Of a stretch of DNA of 64,000 bases, positions 37,301 through 51,413 are shown one piece after another. The stretch comes from Obrimoposthia wandeli (Eukaryota), in contig CDROCS010000529.1 in the NCBI GenBank assembly GCA_977020255.1, positions 124,001 to 188,000 of the forward strand, given 5' to 3'. Below the pieces are notes generated by a model. The model was not told the DNA's origin. It ran no database searches and saw nothing but the letters and a program-made list of their open reading frames with translations. Made by a program: the position numbers and the translations under genes. The stretch's first letter is position 1. Each line of letters opens with the position of its first letter.

Positions 37301-40300
37301 TTAAATATGATGTCTTTTAATATAATTGTACTTTTTAAATACTCAAACGCAACTGATCTAATGAATGAAAATAAAAAATAAATACATCACCATTCATAAT
37401 TTTAAAATCAATTTCTAAAAATCCAACTGACGAAATTAGATTCGTAAAAAAATTAAAAACATTGACACCCTAATGTACACAATATGATAATTTAGAGGGA
37501 CCTCGAACAACCAATCATCTTACAGGATGACACAAAGCATGAAAGTCGGAATTCGACAAGCCACATCCAAACCTGTTTTGTTTTATGGATGGTTGCAAGA
37601 ACCGAACAGCGACATGTGTAGTGACAAATCACAGAGACTTCTGCGTCTAAAATCAGTTTATTGATAAAGGGAATTTCAAAGTGTCATACGATTTGAAACA
37701 CCGATATCGAAATTGTTAGATAGGTATTTCTTAGATTACCTTAAAGTGGCTTTAAGATTTATTTATCATCTCTGAAAATGTATTTGGAGATTAGAAAATT
37801 GTTTTGTATTGTTCTGCCAATATTATTTCTAAAGTTCGTATAACTGTACTAATTTTATCTAATTTTGGAAAGCCATAATCCCAATCGTACAATGTGACCA
37901 GAATTCCAATTATTAAACCCTCACATAATAATACCTAATCGAGTATCATATTTATCATTTGAAAGAAGAAACAAGGAAATGATTTTTTTGCTGCAATCAA
38001 TTATCAGAATGAAATTAAATTTCTCATTTTAGCTCATTAATCCCGTTGCTTTTTTAGAAAATTAAATTAGTTCCATTATTTCGAAAAATGTTGTTTATGA
38101 CAACTCCAGTAATTAGAATAGCTGAAAAAGATAAATTTAATCGATATGGAAAATGTATTTCAATTTGCATTTTTCAATTTAAATACGAGATTTTTATTTT
38201 GTACATTTTAATACAGAGTTAATTTGAATTTTTTATCTGATGGCTTGGTATTGTTTATTCCACTTTTGGTCAGAAAATATTACATTTTATTCACACTGAA
38301 TAGATTGAAAAAATCCATTAAAATATAATGACAAATAATAACCAATTAATTTATTGTTTAAAAAGTGGGGAAATTACTCCTTTTTAATATATCTATAAAT
38401 ACGTGTTTTTAGGGCCTGTAATGTTACGACATATTCAGACAAAAAATAACTAAATTATATAACTAACTAAAACACAAATTCATTCAAGCCCAAACATGAT
38501 TTTTGACTTTTCATAATTTTATTATCGATATGTCCTATTCATTAATGTTTTCTCAATTGTTTCATTTAGCTTTATGTTTCGTATTTTTAAATTACCAGGA
38601 ACTTTGAGGAGCTTAGTTGGACGTTGTGTTTGAAGTCTGTTTATTTTTGAGATAAATAAAATGGTTTAGACTCCAACCTTTCTTGGAGGTAAAATTTTAG
38701 CTGCTACTTACAATTTAAAGAATGTTATCATTTAATAAATCAGAAATGTACTTAGGAAATCTCTTATTAGTAAATGCACGTGCCTCAAAATTATTGCAGA
38801 ATCTGTCAAAACAATTACCATTGAATACGGGTACAATAAATTTTCGTAACAAAAAAAAACTTTTTTGCCTTTAACGAAAGAGAATGTTTCTAGTCTACAT
38901 GTTGGCTTAATACTAAAATGGTATAAGAAAATCCATTTCGTCATGATTTTGAGATATCGATATGGGCAGAAAACACTTTTTTATACATTAAATAACAATT
39001 TACCATAGTTATACAATTAAATATCAAGTACGATCTGTTACGATCTATTGCTTTATTCGATTATAAAGAGAAAGATGTTCATCATTTATATCAGTGCTTC
39101 TCAAACATTTTCATAATACGACTCCCAAAATCTGAAAAACAAAATTCAAGGCTCCCCAAAAATTTTAATTATTAGTGACAACACTTCTTTTTTCCATTAA
39201 TAAGTATAGCTACATTTTAAAAAGAAGAAACATTTTTTATTCAAAAACTTGTTTACAAAAATAGCAATAAAAAATAAAAAAAAACTTCAAATTTTCTAAA
39301 ATCTAAAAAACAATTTAATGGGAGAGATGGGATTGAATGTTTTTATATAGCAAATCAATATCAGGTTGAATATTTGAAATGCTTATTCGTAGGGTTTGCT
39401 CCAAAGCCTCTGTTGAAAGATACAGCCTATGTTTATTTTCTATTACCAGTAATGATAAAAATGCTGTTTCACATAGGTTTGTTGTCGCAAAAAGAATTAT
39501 GCCCAATAACGCTGCTTTGGCGATTGGCGGGTATTCTTGCTGTCACTTTATTCAAAATTCTGCAAGGCTTTTTTCATTAAATTCCACTTCAAGATTATTA
39601 TCAAGATTAATTCTTCTTGAGCAATCCAATTAATATGATCATATTCTATGGATTTAGCAAATGGTGTTCTTATCCTGTCGTACTTTTGGTCCTCATTTAA
39701 ATTTGGGAAATATTCGTTGAAAAAATGTTGGGATTCGGCAATATGATTAAGTATAACGTTTATAACCGAAGTCGACAGTGATATTTCATTGGTGGTAAGA
39801 AAGTCATTCAAGCATGAAAGCAAGTCCTTAGATCCCTGATTAATACCTTTTTGTTGGAAAACTTGAAGTTTGGTATTCAGAATTAAAATGTTTGTATCTT
39901 TTCATCATCGAAATAAGAAGAAAGATCTGAATTTTTGTCATAAAGAAAGAGGCAAAGTTCATCACGAAGCTCTACAAATCCTCTTAAAAATTTTCCGTGA
40001 GAAGAAAGCCAGCGGACTTCAGTATGATACTGTAGAACTTTATGCACGGATCCCATCTCTTTGCATAAAATATTAAAAAGCCACGAGCTTACAGCACGAC
40101 ATTTTACGAAATTAACTATCGACGTAACTGAATTCAAAACATCACTGAGTTCGCAACACATTTGTCGAAAAACTAAATGTCCTGTATGAATTACACAGTG
40201 AATATGTTTGTCATCGGGGCTTACGTTTTCCACTTCTGCCTTGAATCCAGAAATCGCCAATAGTTGCTTACAGAAAAGCAAATCATCATGAATTTGAGAG

Positions 40301-40779
40301 TCATACTGATATCTAACAAAAACCATGAACTAGGATAAATTTGTAATATCAGTAGATTCATCCAGTTGTATTGCAAAGAAGTGGCTGCCTTTCATGCGAG
40401 ATATTAACTGAGCTTTAATATTGTATGCCGTGTCATAAAATTTTCTTTATATTGTATCATTTGAATCAAAGGATTGCATATTTTATCACCATGGATAATC
40501 TCACAAATTTTAATTGCTACTGGTAATATAAGATCTTCTCCTATGGTGTGAGTTTTTTAGTTTTCGCAATTAATAAAGCTAGCTCAAAAGATGCTTTTAA
40601 CAGTTGATCATTCAGTTTTGTATAATTTGTAAGAAAATTTGTTTGTCGTTTGTTACCTGCTGCTTTTCTTTGAAAAAATTCTAATGGTTTATTTTGATAA
40701 TCCGGGTGCATCATAGTTAAATGTCGCATCAGTTTTCCCGGCCTCATACTATCATTTGATAGTTGGGTGAAACAAATTA
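31341..40779 (+). repeat. Segmental duplication, copy 2 (direct repeat of 1119-9647), including a second copy of the Polinton terminus ending at 32484
   Basis: Colinear near-identity; retains 847-bp and ~120-bp segments absent from the other two copies. Confidence 0.95.
36670..38200 (+). mobile_element. hATm-like transposase relic, longest copy
   Basis: FDTTASNTG region (FNTT here) plus a downstream segment with a degenerate HLW-type motif in 37424-38270. Confidence 0.55.
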
Positions 40780-41418
40780 CAAACATACTGATGAGTAAAT
40801 AAAAACATATTTCAAATAACCTAGCATAATATTTTCGAATTTTACCGTTTCTTTATTTCTTTTATTATCAGTTGAAACGGTTGGTGTTGACGTAGAAGGA
40901 TCTGTTAAAATTGAATCCTTCGCTTATAAAATTTCTATCGTTTTTAGTCCTGCTTCACTTCATTCTCGTACTTTATTTGTTTTTATTATCCACATCCATT
41001 TTTAGGACTAAAATTAAAATAGTTATGTTAAACCAAAGTATAATATTACATATGTATGTGGAAATCTAATTTCTATGATAATACGAATAATAATTAATAC
41101 CTCAAAATCCTTTGTTATTTTCACTCTGATTTTTAACACTATCAATAATATAAATTATAATCTAACTTAAATTAGTTTCTTTATAATTAATGTTATTCAT
41201 TAAAAATATCCATATTTATAATGATTACATTAAAATAAACAATTTATACAGTTGTACTACTGTTCAATGTGTCAGTAGTATATATGTTGCTGAAAATATT
41301 ATTAAAAAATATTCTTAAAATAAAAATATTCTTATTAAATCCTGAGATATTTCACGCCTCCGAAACAGGAGCTTCATAGCTCCCACGGGAGCCGCGACTC
41401 CTAGTTTGAGAAGCACTG
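39092..41418 (-). mobile_element. Full-length but decayed Buster/Charlie-type hAT transposon (2327 bp)
   Basis: 14-bp TIRs CAGTGCTTCTCAAA / TTTGAGAAGCACTG; 8-bp TSD ATTTATAT / ATTTAAAT (nnnTAnnn, one mismatch); BED finger MRPGKLMRHLTMMHP, QLDESTDI, HCVIH and EVRWLS motifs. Confidence 0.95.
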
Positions 41419-42584
41419 ATTTAAATAGTATTTTTTCTTGAAAAAGTAAACATAAATATGCTTTTGTAAAAAATCCTTTTGTAAAACTTGCTTTTAAAAA
41501 AATATTAAACAGTAGAATTAAATAATAAAGTCATATTTTCTTAAATTGTGTCGAAATCATTTTCAAATGACTGATTTATTCAGCTGATAAATAATTACTG
41601 CATAAATGACTTATCATGAATCAATCGTACCTGTATCAATGTAGTGGAAACTCTTCTGGGAGTAAAATGAGGATTCAAGTTAATGGATGCTTGAGAAACA
41701 TGGGTTTTATCGTTCTCCAGACTTTTGTTTTCAGTTCTACAAGTTCTGCAACAATCGTCTTCGTCAGCATGCTATCCAGATAGACTGCAACAATTTATAG
41801 AATTTTAAATTTCTGTGGCCTATGATTAGTTATGGGAAAGAGAAAAATAGAACTTAGTTAGATTATCAATGAAATACACATAAAACAATATATCAATTTT
41901 AAACAAGATTTGAACTTTAAATCTACTGCTAGTAAAGAGCCATGTATCTTTACCCAATTCAAATTTTGATGAGAAGTGGACATATTAAAGCATAAGAAAT
42001 GCTAGAATCGGCAATAGGATTTTATCCCTCCATTTCCTATACATTTTGCAGCGGCTTATAAATTATTTTTGAGATAAATGCAATTTTCTAGCCTCTTGTA
42101 GTTTCGTATAGTAAAATTTTATGAATTTCTGGGGGTAAATTTTAGAACAAATGCTGAAAAGAATTTTTATTCTGGATTTCTTTTTGAATTTCTTAAATTT
42201 ATTAGTATATATCTCATATTCTGATATTAGTTCATACAGACATTCTGGCTGTTTCTTTACAAATCATTTCTTTACAGTTGTCAATAATTTATTATTTATT
42301 CCAACTCTCCTTTAGTTGATTATTTTTTCACATTTCGTTACACACCAGCTTCTTTAAGTAACATTCTGAAGCATTGTATAGGAACGAATTTGGAAATGTT
42401 GAAGTTCAGTGTAATTAACATTATCTCTGTTTTGACCAGTAAAACATTTTTGCTGTAAAATTAGTTTAAAATCTGCCATTTGAGCAATTTACAGCAAGCA
42501 TTCAATCAAAACGACGCTGCTCGTAGAAAAATAAACAAACTATAAATAACATAGCTTAATTTGATAATATGTCCACCTTATATA

Positions 42585-43110
42585 CAGCGTGTCCCATTGA
42601 ATTTGAACTATTTCTTATGTAAATAAAAACACACACATATATACAATTTTTCTTGAATATTGATTTTATATTTTATTAAGTAAGGGTTTTTATTTTATTA
42701 TACAGACAATATTTATAAAAGATTATTATGGAAAATATCGATCGGGACATCATAATTTTATATTATGAAAATATCAAGAGTATAATTTCGACTATTGAAG
42801 CCTGCAATATTAAATATAAATTGAAGCACAATATCTTTGATAAGAATAAAGTTTGGAGAATAATAAAGAAGTTTGAAACTGGAAATTGGAAATAATTTGA
42901 AAAGTTGGAAGTGGTGGAAAAATGATAATTGATGACGATGGTAAAGGATTAGAAGACACCACAGAAAGTTTGATGAAACAAAGTAATAATGGATTAACAA
43001 GTATAAGAAAGATAGCTGAAAAAGTTGAATGCAGTAAAAATACCGTACATCGTTGGCTAAAAAAGTTGGCATATAGTGATAAAACATGTACCGTTCAGAC
43101 TTCAAGTAAT
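42585..43110 (+). mobile_element. mariner/Tc1-like element 5' end and paired-type HTH relic
   Basis: TA-CAGCGTGTCCC terminus; VWRIIKKFETG..GSG..SIRKIAEKVECSKNTVHRWLKK. Confidence 0.6.
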
Positions 43111-43129
43111 TATTGAACAAAATGGCGGA

Positions 43130-44400
43130 CACCTTTTTGTCTACAATCTATTTATTAGTGTTTTTTATAATATATATATATTATTGCTTTGTGATTTTAA
43201 TTTATAATAGTTCGTTTTTCTGTAGCACACCCTGCAAATATATTTGTAAATCTTCTTCGAATACCTTTCTTGCTGATTCCTTTTCTTCGTATTTATGTGA
43301 AAAACTGCTTCGTGTAAATATCAAGAAATTTCATTTCATTATTTTCAATGCACTAATATGTTTTTATGCATGTACTAATATGAATCGCTATATTTTCATC
43401 GTTATGTAACCATGTTCCAGGACATTAATCCTGGACCACCAAAATTCCAATGTTGTCTTTCAATTTCAAACTTTGGAGAGCTCCTACTACTCATAGTAAT
43501 ATAACAGATATTGCCAAATAATATGGGTCATACTATTGTAATAAAAATTATGGTCATACTATTTGGATAGGCATACTATTTGGACCTTTCAAATAAAAAA
43601 TGATTAATTTAATTTTTTTTTTAATTTAAAAAATATTTTATTGCTAAACAATAAATTGAGATTACTGTTAAAAAATAATATAAGTATAAAATAAACATTT
43701 ATTCATCTTCTATATCAAATATGTCAGAATTATCTGATAAATATTTCAAATCTTGAGAATTATTCTTTGATTGTGTTTCAACAAATCTTACCTTAAATAA
43801 AGAACCATAAATATAATATTTGGAAATATGCCATTCGGCACAAACAGTGGAGAAGCCAGCAGATTTTATAGAATTTACAATATTGTTTATAGATAAATCA
43901 TCCCAAGAATCTTCAATCCACGAATTGACTCTGGAAACTGAAGGTGGTTTAGGTTTTCCACCTTTGGTATATTAAATTTCCAGCGAATATCATGTAATAA
44001 AATTTGTTCTTTTTAATTCAATTATTTTAAATTTTTTATGGCCATACTATTAGGAGAGGTCATACTATTTGGCAATATCCGTTAATATATCAAAAAATAT
44101 GTAAAGTCCCAATTATCTGGACCGTCCAATTTAAACTGTGTCTCATCCGTACAAGCAACTTTAGACTAGTCCATATTATTCTCAATCCATAGCTTTACTT
44201 ATATCGTTCTTCTTAAATTCTATTTACTCAACAATATTCGTCGTAGATGTTTTTCATACCTCATGTCATTTCTTAGTAAAAGGTTATTCAAGTTTCTTCT
44301 CTAGGTATTCTATGTGACTTTAATATTTCAAAATTCATTTTATTTATATATTTGATAATCATACAGCTCAGCATTCTATCTATGTAGTTTTTTGTTCATT
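43130..44400 (-). mobile_element. Tc1-like transposase relic interrupted by a pogo element
   Basis: KLWIENNMD*SKVACTDETQFKLDGPDNW before, and RQHWNFGGPGLMSW after, the insertion. Confidence 0.7.
43504..44082 (-). mobile_element. Internally deleted pogo-family element (579 bp) with TA TSD
   Basis: TIRs AC(A/G)GATATTGCCAAATA(A/G)TATG; subterminal GGTCATACTATT repeats; TKGGKPKPPS..SWIEDSWDDLS..IVNSIKSAGF is a pogo transposase C-terminus. Confidence 0.85.
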
Positions 44401-46599
44401 TTATGTTTATTTTGTTTACCATTTTGGTTAAAATTTACATATATTCAAATATACAAAATTAAACAGATTAGTATTTTAAATTGTTGCTTTAAACACTTCT
44501 TAACAGTGTTGTATTAATACAAAAAAATATATATAGCATAGGCATTAGAAATTTAGAGTAATAAAAAGAGCAACAACAAAAAACTTTGCCATCACTGTTT
44601 TTCAGTGTAATGATAAATGTGGAATTTGTTTAATTTCGCTTTTTAGATTTGCATTTTAGTTAATTATGTGTATTTAATGTGAAAGAGTTCGTCGATGAAA
44701 GCTAACTAAACTATTGAAAAATTCATATGTATCGTATTTTTGTACTGCAATGCTATTTTACTATTTAAGTTCACTTGGCAGCAATTTATTCGTGAGGCTA
44801 TCGGGGCTGTAATTAATTGTATTAAATCTGGGATAGAAATTAATTGGGCAAAATTTCACCTTGTATTGATTCATATATTTTTTGTCGAAGAAAATCATAG
44901 AGTTATGTTGTAATTTATGCATTTGAATATATATTATGATTAGAAATATTTTCTACTATACAAAATATTTTACGAAAACCTTTGCTGAAAATTTGTAAAT
45001 TATTTGAAATTTAAATTGACCAATTTATACACTTTGCTTTGGTGCATATTACTAAATTTGTTTGCCATATTGGCCATTGTGGTTTTGAGTGCACACTCGT
45101 GGCGTGTATGTGTATGATATGTAATAGCCAGCTATTTTGATAAGTGAGGTTTTTAAAAATAATAAATTTATAAAAAATGTTTTTAAAGTTTTTAAAGTAA
45201 GAGTGTATGAAAACGTATTATGATGAATGTTTTTTTGTTTTGATAATGATAGTAATGATTGTGACTTGGAGGAAAAATGAGACACAGTACCACTTTCAGT
45301 GACAATGAAGATATTGTAATCTGTTTTATTTTGATTACAAAGGTAATAAACAAAATGTGAAAAGCAATTGCTCAATAGTTCACTAACATATTGATATGGT
45401 CAATTTTCCCCTTAAATTTTCAAGTGTAATTTTTCACCCCATACAAATTTGAATTCTATATTAAATAATCATTTTCTTTAACACAATAGAAAAATAAATT
45501 TCTTTTACACCTCAGTCTTTTCAAATTCTTTTAATATTTTAACGATATATTTTAAAACAATCAACGCACCCAGGTACTAAACAGAGATTTTAATTTGTAT
45601 TGAAGGCTTTGAAAATGCTTCTGGTCAATGGGTTACAGTAATTATATTGAACTTCCTTGTTTTTTTACGATTTTATGTGTATATGTTTTTAAAGGTAGCA
45701 TAATATACTTAATTTGGCCATATGAACAAATCTAAATTATGTATATAAAGAAGATTTTTTTCGAAAATATTAAATATTGATTATTAAAATTCCTAAGAAA
45801 CTCAGGTAACATTTTCATAATAAAGTTTTAAAAAAAGCAACATCAATATCTGTATTTTCACTTATTAAAGAATAAATGTTGAAATCATTTTATGCAATGT
45901 ATTAAAAATTGTCTTTTTATTCTCATATTATTTTCAAAAAGATTATAATTCTATTTATCAATCTTCGGTAATTATTTATTAGCAAACATAACCAACATGA
46001 CATCGCAGAATTCTAATATATTTGAAAATAATATGAGAATAAAAGAAAGAACATTAAATTAATAATATATATCTATCCACAAAAAGAGAAATGCAAATTG
46101 TAGTCTCATTCAATATTGAAATATTTTGCCGAAACTGAATTTGTGGTAGCAGTTAGAAGACGTAATTGAAGTCCTCGGTGACGAGAAAAGAACAAAGACT
46201 GCTACAGAGGATTAGGGAGGCGTCTATTTGGTTGTGGGGTACAGGCAAAGGGGAAAGAAGTGCCGATGTGGAACCATTGATTCAAAGTGAGTCAGTGACT
46301 GAAATTTGACAAATCTAACGGAAATGAATTAATCGAATTGAACCAGTAAAAGCATGAAGAAGAAAGAACAATACTGTAACATCGTTCGTGAATTATAGAA
46401 TGAACATAATCAGTTTCTTCTTCGTTTCATTTCTCAGCTAATATAATCAGACAATTAATAAATCGGTAAATTATATATTAGAATTGATGTTTCTGTTACA
46501 ATTACTTCCTTTTTTGCTAAATGAATAACCTGACAAATGACATCTCAAAAATCTGCTATTTTCTATATATTTGAGTAATAAAAAAATGGTAAAAAAGGT

Positions 46600-47010
46600 G
46601 TAAATGTTTTGAACCCCAGGTAATTTTTGATAAATTCTCTTATTGATGACATTTCCATGCAGTTTTTTCCCACAAAGTAAATCTTTACATAACCAATGTT
46701 AGTTGGTCCACTTCGTTCTGTAGCATCAGCTACGCTGTATGTGGTTTTACACTTTTGAATTAATTTTCCAATAGTTGTAACTAAAAATGGATCATTATGG
46801 AGACTGTTTATTTTTATGTGCTCTTAGAGCTAGCAGTGTTGATTCATTGTTTGCATAATATAGCTTTACAATTTTGAGTCGTATTATTCATTATATATAT
46901 ATATTTCACGTGAAATAACAAAAATCTTCCACTTAAATTCCTTCGTAGGTTTTTTAAATGAAAATATCTGTTTTTTTTAAGTTTTATATAACGTTATAAA
47001 TCACCCTGTA
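46600..47010 (-). mobile_element. mariner-like 5' end relic
   Basis: TA-CAGGGTGATTT terminus on the minus strand; TTIGKLIQKCKTTYSVAD..RSGP resembles the first HTH region. Confidence 0.45.
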
Positions 47011-49861
47011 TTAGGATTAACTAGTCTATTTCTTTGTCCATAAACATTGTGTCGCAAATATGGACTCTGTTTTTGTCAAAAAGTAGTTCTATTTGACGAT
47101 ATAAATAGCTGGGATGTGATCCTGGGATGTGTTCGACTCGCAATTAACAGAAAGATAATTTCGTTTTTTGAAACTGATAGTTTATTTTTCATTTTCCTAT
47201 AACGTTTCAGCCATCAAATCTGTAGCAATTACATTTATAAATAGACTGAAAAGATTGTATTTTAAGTGCATAAATCTAACAGTTGTACATAACCTTTACT
47301 CGAACATGCCATCTTCATAATTATTTTTCTTCGTGTCCTTCTTTCTCTTGTCTCATGTTCAATTAATGTGATTTAACTTAACCCTAGACAATTTTACGAA
47401 TGTCGTTGGGCAGTGTGTTGTACACCTTTAGAGTAAATATTGAAAACATTTTTTTCTCGATTTGTTTTCGATTTTAAAAAAAATTATTAATCTAAATCTC
47501 ATTTTCTGTGTTTTTCTTTAAGAAACACTTCTTTGCGATTGTCATTATTTTATTATTATTCTTTCTCTAACATGCTACCGACCAACTATTTTAGTGTTTC
47601 ATTTAAACTTTTACACTTTTTTTTATAAAGACCAAGTGTGTAGCTCAGTTCTGAATAACATTTAAATAACATTCTGAAGAATTATATAAGAGCAAACTTT
47701 GAAAATCTAGTTTAGATGATAAAATACGTTGTGTCATTAATATTTTTGCGTGTTTTGACATGTTTTTCCTTTTCAAATTCAAAAAAATATTTTAACTTTA
47801 TTTTTAGATTTCGTTCAATTTTTAATTAACTATTATTTTGCAGTATCTGGTTTTACAATGATATTAAAAAGTAAAATAGGAAATAAAAGGTTGTTTACAT
47901 ATTTCTTTGTTATATTTAATAATGAGTTTCTTCAATTAAAAGAACATTTTTCATTTTCATTATTTTCAAATTCTCACCATGGGAATAAATAAATTTACAG
48001 TAAATTTTCCTCAAACACAACTTGATGTTTTGCAGCAACTATGAGTTGTCACAACGCTCGTCATAGTTGTATCACCCTTCTTTACGTATTCTTAAAACTG
48101 GTAGATAATGTGGGTACTTTCATTACCATATTATTACTGTTGTTGAGGTGCAAATATGGAGAATTAAATGAAGGAATTTAAGTAAAATTAGCTATATTTA
48201 TAATCCTGACCAAATTCAAATTGTGTTAAAAATATGGTTCAAATAATTAAATCAAATCCAAGATTAAATACCGAAAAGAAGAACAATAAATCAAAATTAA
48301 TTACCCTGGCCAATCTCATCTCGCGTGCTGACGATAACTTAGACATTCAGTCTGGTGAGTCTACGGGACTCAACAAATGTAGTTAACAGCAGAAACATGT
48401 GCGAAAACAAGAGAGAAGACATAGAACTTGTTACTATAATAGTCCCTGAAATTCAACAGCCATCCCAGCAGCGAGCAGCGAAACAACCACCATCCGCTAA
48501 TCAGAAGCCTGCAAATACAGAGAACAATCAAACACAATTTGAGTTGGAAAATCTCGTAATTGACAACTTAATTATATTGATTAAAAGACTGCATTTATAG
48601 CTATGCAGAAATCGATTGATTGACATCAAAGACATTTAAATGAGATATTTTACATGAATTTGAACTCCCACCTTTGCTCTGATATATTTAAATCTTAGTT
48701 TAATTTACCACCTAAACTTGTGGACCTGCAACGGTTCAATCATTTATTAAATTCCATACACATACTACCTGAGTAACCTGACACGGTTCTCAGCACTTAA
48801 GACGAGCAGTAACAGCTCTTTTTATCTGACTGTTTGTACAAATTTCTCCTGACGAAATACCTGTTAGTTGCACCAACGTTATTTCACTGAGAAATCGCTT
48901 TTACAGACGACAAAATCACTCTACGTAAAAGTTCTGTAATTTTAAGAACTAGCGAGTTAGATGCTTTCATAAGAAGGGCTATAACTCCAGCCACAACACT
49001 CTGTTTTAAAATTAGGGCCAGAAACATTGACGATCGTAAAAGAACAAATTTGCTCAGTTGAAGCAAGTTAACTTTGGTGATTTGTCAAGTAGTTTTTTCA
49101 CAAGTTTTCTTGCAATCAGATCAATTACGCTTCATTGTCTTTTCACAGTGCTCTCAGACATCAGGAAATTACTTTTTATTTGTATACTGCCGTATTAGAT
49201 TTGTTTTTCTTCTATCTTCATGCTCGTCTGATGTTCTTACACATTTCCAATTGTTTCGCTGGTTTGTTCCCGGTCATACTTCTTTTTGAGGTCGTAACTT
49301 GTGAAGTTGTCCATTCAGCATGAAATCGAAGTGCATGTTAATCAGCACCACGGTAAGCATGGTCTCCTTATCGTTTCATTGGAAGTACAATGGTTAGACA
49401 AAATCAAATTGATAAAGGCTAAAAGAAAGTTTCAATTACCGTTACTACTGTTTAGATCGACAATCCATGGACGTAATTTAGTATTTCTCGCAACTGAAAG
49501 CAAATATAAATCATTCCGACTGAAATCTAATTTAATTACAACAAAAAATCGTTGTTTGGATAATAAAACTCTTGAGTAAATAAAATACGTGGGCTACGTT
49601 AAGCGAAATGGGATTTGAGTGTTTTGAGTTAATAACTGCTCTAAAAACAAACTGAACTAAACTGTTAACTAGTTAAAAGTTTGTTATGAAGATATGTTTT
49701 TATACAGCATTTACAGATTAAACAAACTTAGAAAAACTCGACTTTTTGAAGCCTAAATATGCTATCAAATGGCACAGATAACTTCAGAGCTGTAAGACTA
49801 AGTTAATGGGAAATTTGCAACAGTTCTTATAACATCAGAATAATTGCCCTTATCGATCCAG

Positions 49862-49946
49862 ATCCTTAGAAACTCTGAGCAAGAACATCGATCAACACGT
49901 GCAGAGCAAACTCGATTCAGTGTTTCAAAAAGAAAAAATTAATGAG
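49862..49946 (+). CDS. CACNA2D: Calcium channel alpha2-delta subunit, exon equivalent to vertebrate exon 2 (SLETLSKNIDQHVQSKLDSVFQKEKINE)
   Basis: AG/GTGAG boundaries; phase 2 to 0 and 85-nt size fit the exon preceding 51414; sequence similarity alone is weak. Confidence 0.6.
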
Positions 49947-50203
49947 GTGAGCGGAAATTTAATTTACAACACTTTTTGAACTTACAGAAGAACGAGAGTC
50001 ACCTTGTTGTATATAGAAATATTTCAGATATTTTTATCGTTAAAATGGCCATGTCAAAGCCATTTGTTGCAACATGTATATATCTGTAAGGGGTCTGAAA
50101 TATATTTTTAGTATAGTTCCTCCCCCCCTTTTCTATTTGTTTTGGTTTAGTTAACTAATTTAAAAATGTTGTAATATTATTCTTAAGAAAAAAGATTACA
50201 AAA

Positions 50204-50545
50204 ATGAAAAAACAGTGTGAATATAGAGAAAAAAAGCTAAAAATAGTTAGTAAGTGGATTGAAGAAAAAATTGTTAGGGAAATTTTTATTTTTAGCGACA
50301 ATAGGCGCTTTTGGTTAGATGGACCAGCTGTCTGGCTAATATGTTGTGCAAAGGATAGTTGGCATTTCGGCGGCGATGGCTTTCTATTATGGCTTAAGGT
50401 AATGCTGAATGGTTTGCTGTGTTTCACAGTTACCAATTTTCGTCTACCATACCTGAAATTGAATTTAGTATTTTCAATTAGACCACAAAAAATTAAAATC
50501 ATTGTGCAAGATTCCGGAATTTGGAAGCTGATGAATGAGAACTAA
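50204..50545 (+). mobile_element. Tc1-like transposase relic in an alpha2-delta intron
   Basis: KWIEE..IFSDNRRFWLDGP..GGDG..W; same family type as 43130-44400. Confidence 0.6.
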
Positions 50546-51413
50546 ATCATGAGCAGTGTATGGCCTGGCATTATCATGCAAATAATGAATGTTATTCAGT
50601 GATTGGTCAAAACTAATGAGACACCTTCGTTTTTTTGTTTGATAGCTACAACTAGTATATCTAACTGGTCTCGGTATACATCATTGTTGACCGTTTTACC
50701 TCGAAACAAAATGTCAACTAACAGGATTCCCTAAGTGTTCCAGAACAGGCTAGAAACCTACGATTTGTCTGCGATTTACGCACCTCAACTGCGGGTGCCG
50801 CCCAGATCCATGTCAACGACGATGACTAGATTAACCTCACTTATCTCAATAGATCTAAACGTTATGCATCGTTTATCAAAAGCAGCTCATTGCAACTTCT
50901 TTCTCTATTTGCTTTTGTGTTTCTGTCAATTGGTGAGGTATTCATATGTTACACAGATACGTTTTCCCCATTAATATCAATTTTTTCCTTACGGTTTTTG
51001 TGCGAATCATCAAGTTTAACATATATACTAAGGGTTGTACACTGTGCCATTGTGCCAATGCAGATTTGAAATTGATCGATAATTTCAAGTGAAGGTCTAC
51101 CTACTGGAAGCAAGCATTAAATATCCCTTTATGAAGTTGGAAGTCAATCCCCGTTCACTCAGTCAGAGTATCTCTACCAAGTAAATTCCATTGATCTAAC
51201 AAAACAGGCAGTTGAAATAAAAACAAGATAATTTTTAAAATAAAATTATATTAAAGTTTAGGTTTAAGCAGTACATTAAAGGAAATGTTCTGAACAGTTC
51301 AATTGTCAAGGGGTCTATTAGCTTGATAGTAGAATGTTTATCTTTCTCAAATTCGTGCTGATTCGTAAAATGAAACTGGCATATAATTTCAACGTACCCT
51401 CAATTTTGCTCAG

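Noticed and set aside
48270-48355. KLITLANLISRADDNLDIQS as an alpha2-delta exon
   Set aside because: Donor phase 1 does not fit the following exons and there is no clear acceptor; region looks like decayed retroelement DNA
50865-50940. MHRLSKAAHCNFFLYLLLCFCQL as the alpha2-delta signal-peptide exon
   Set aside because: Lies downstream of the better-supported exon 49862-49946; an alternative first exon cannot be excluded without transcripts
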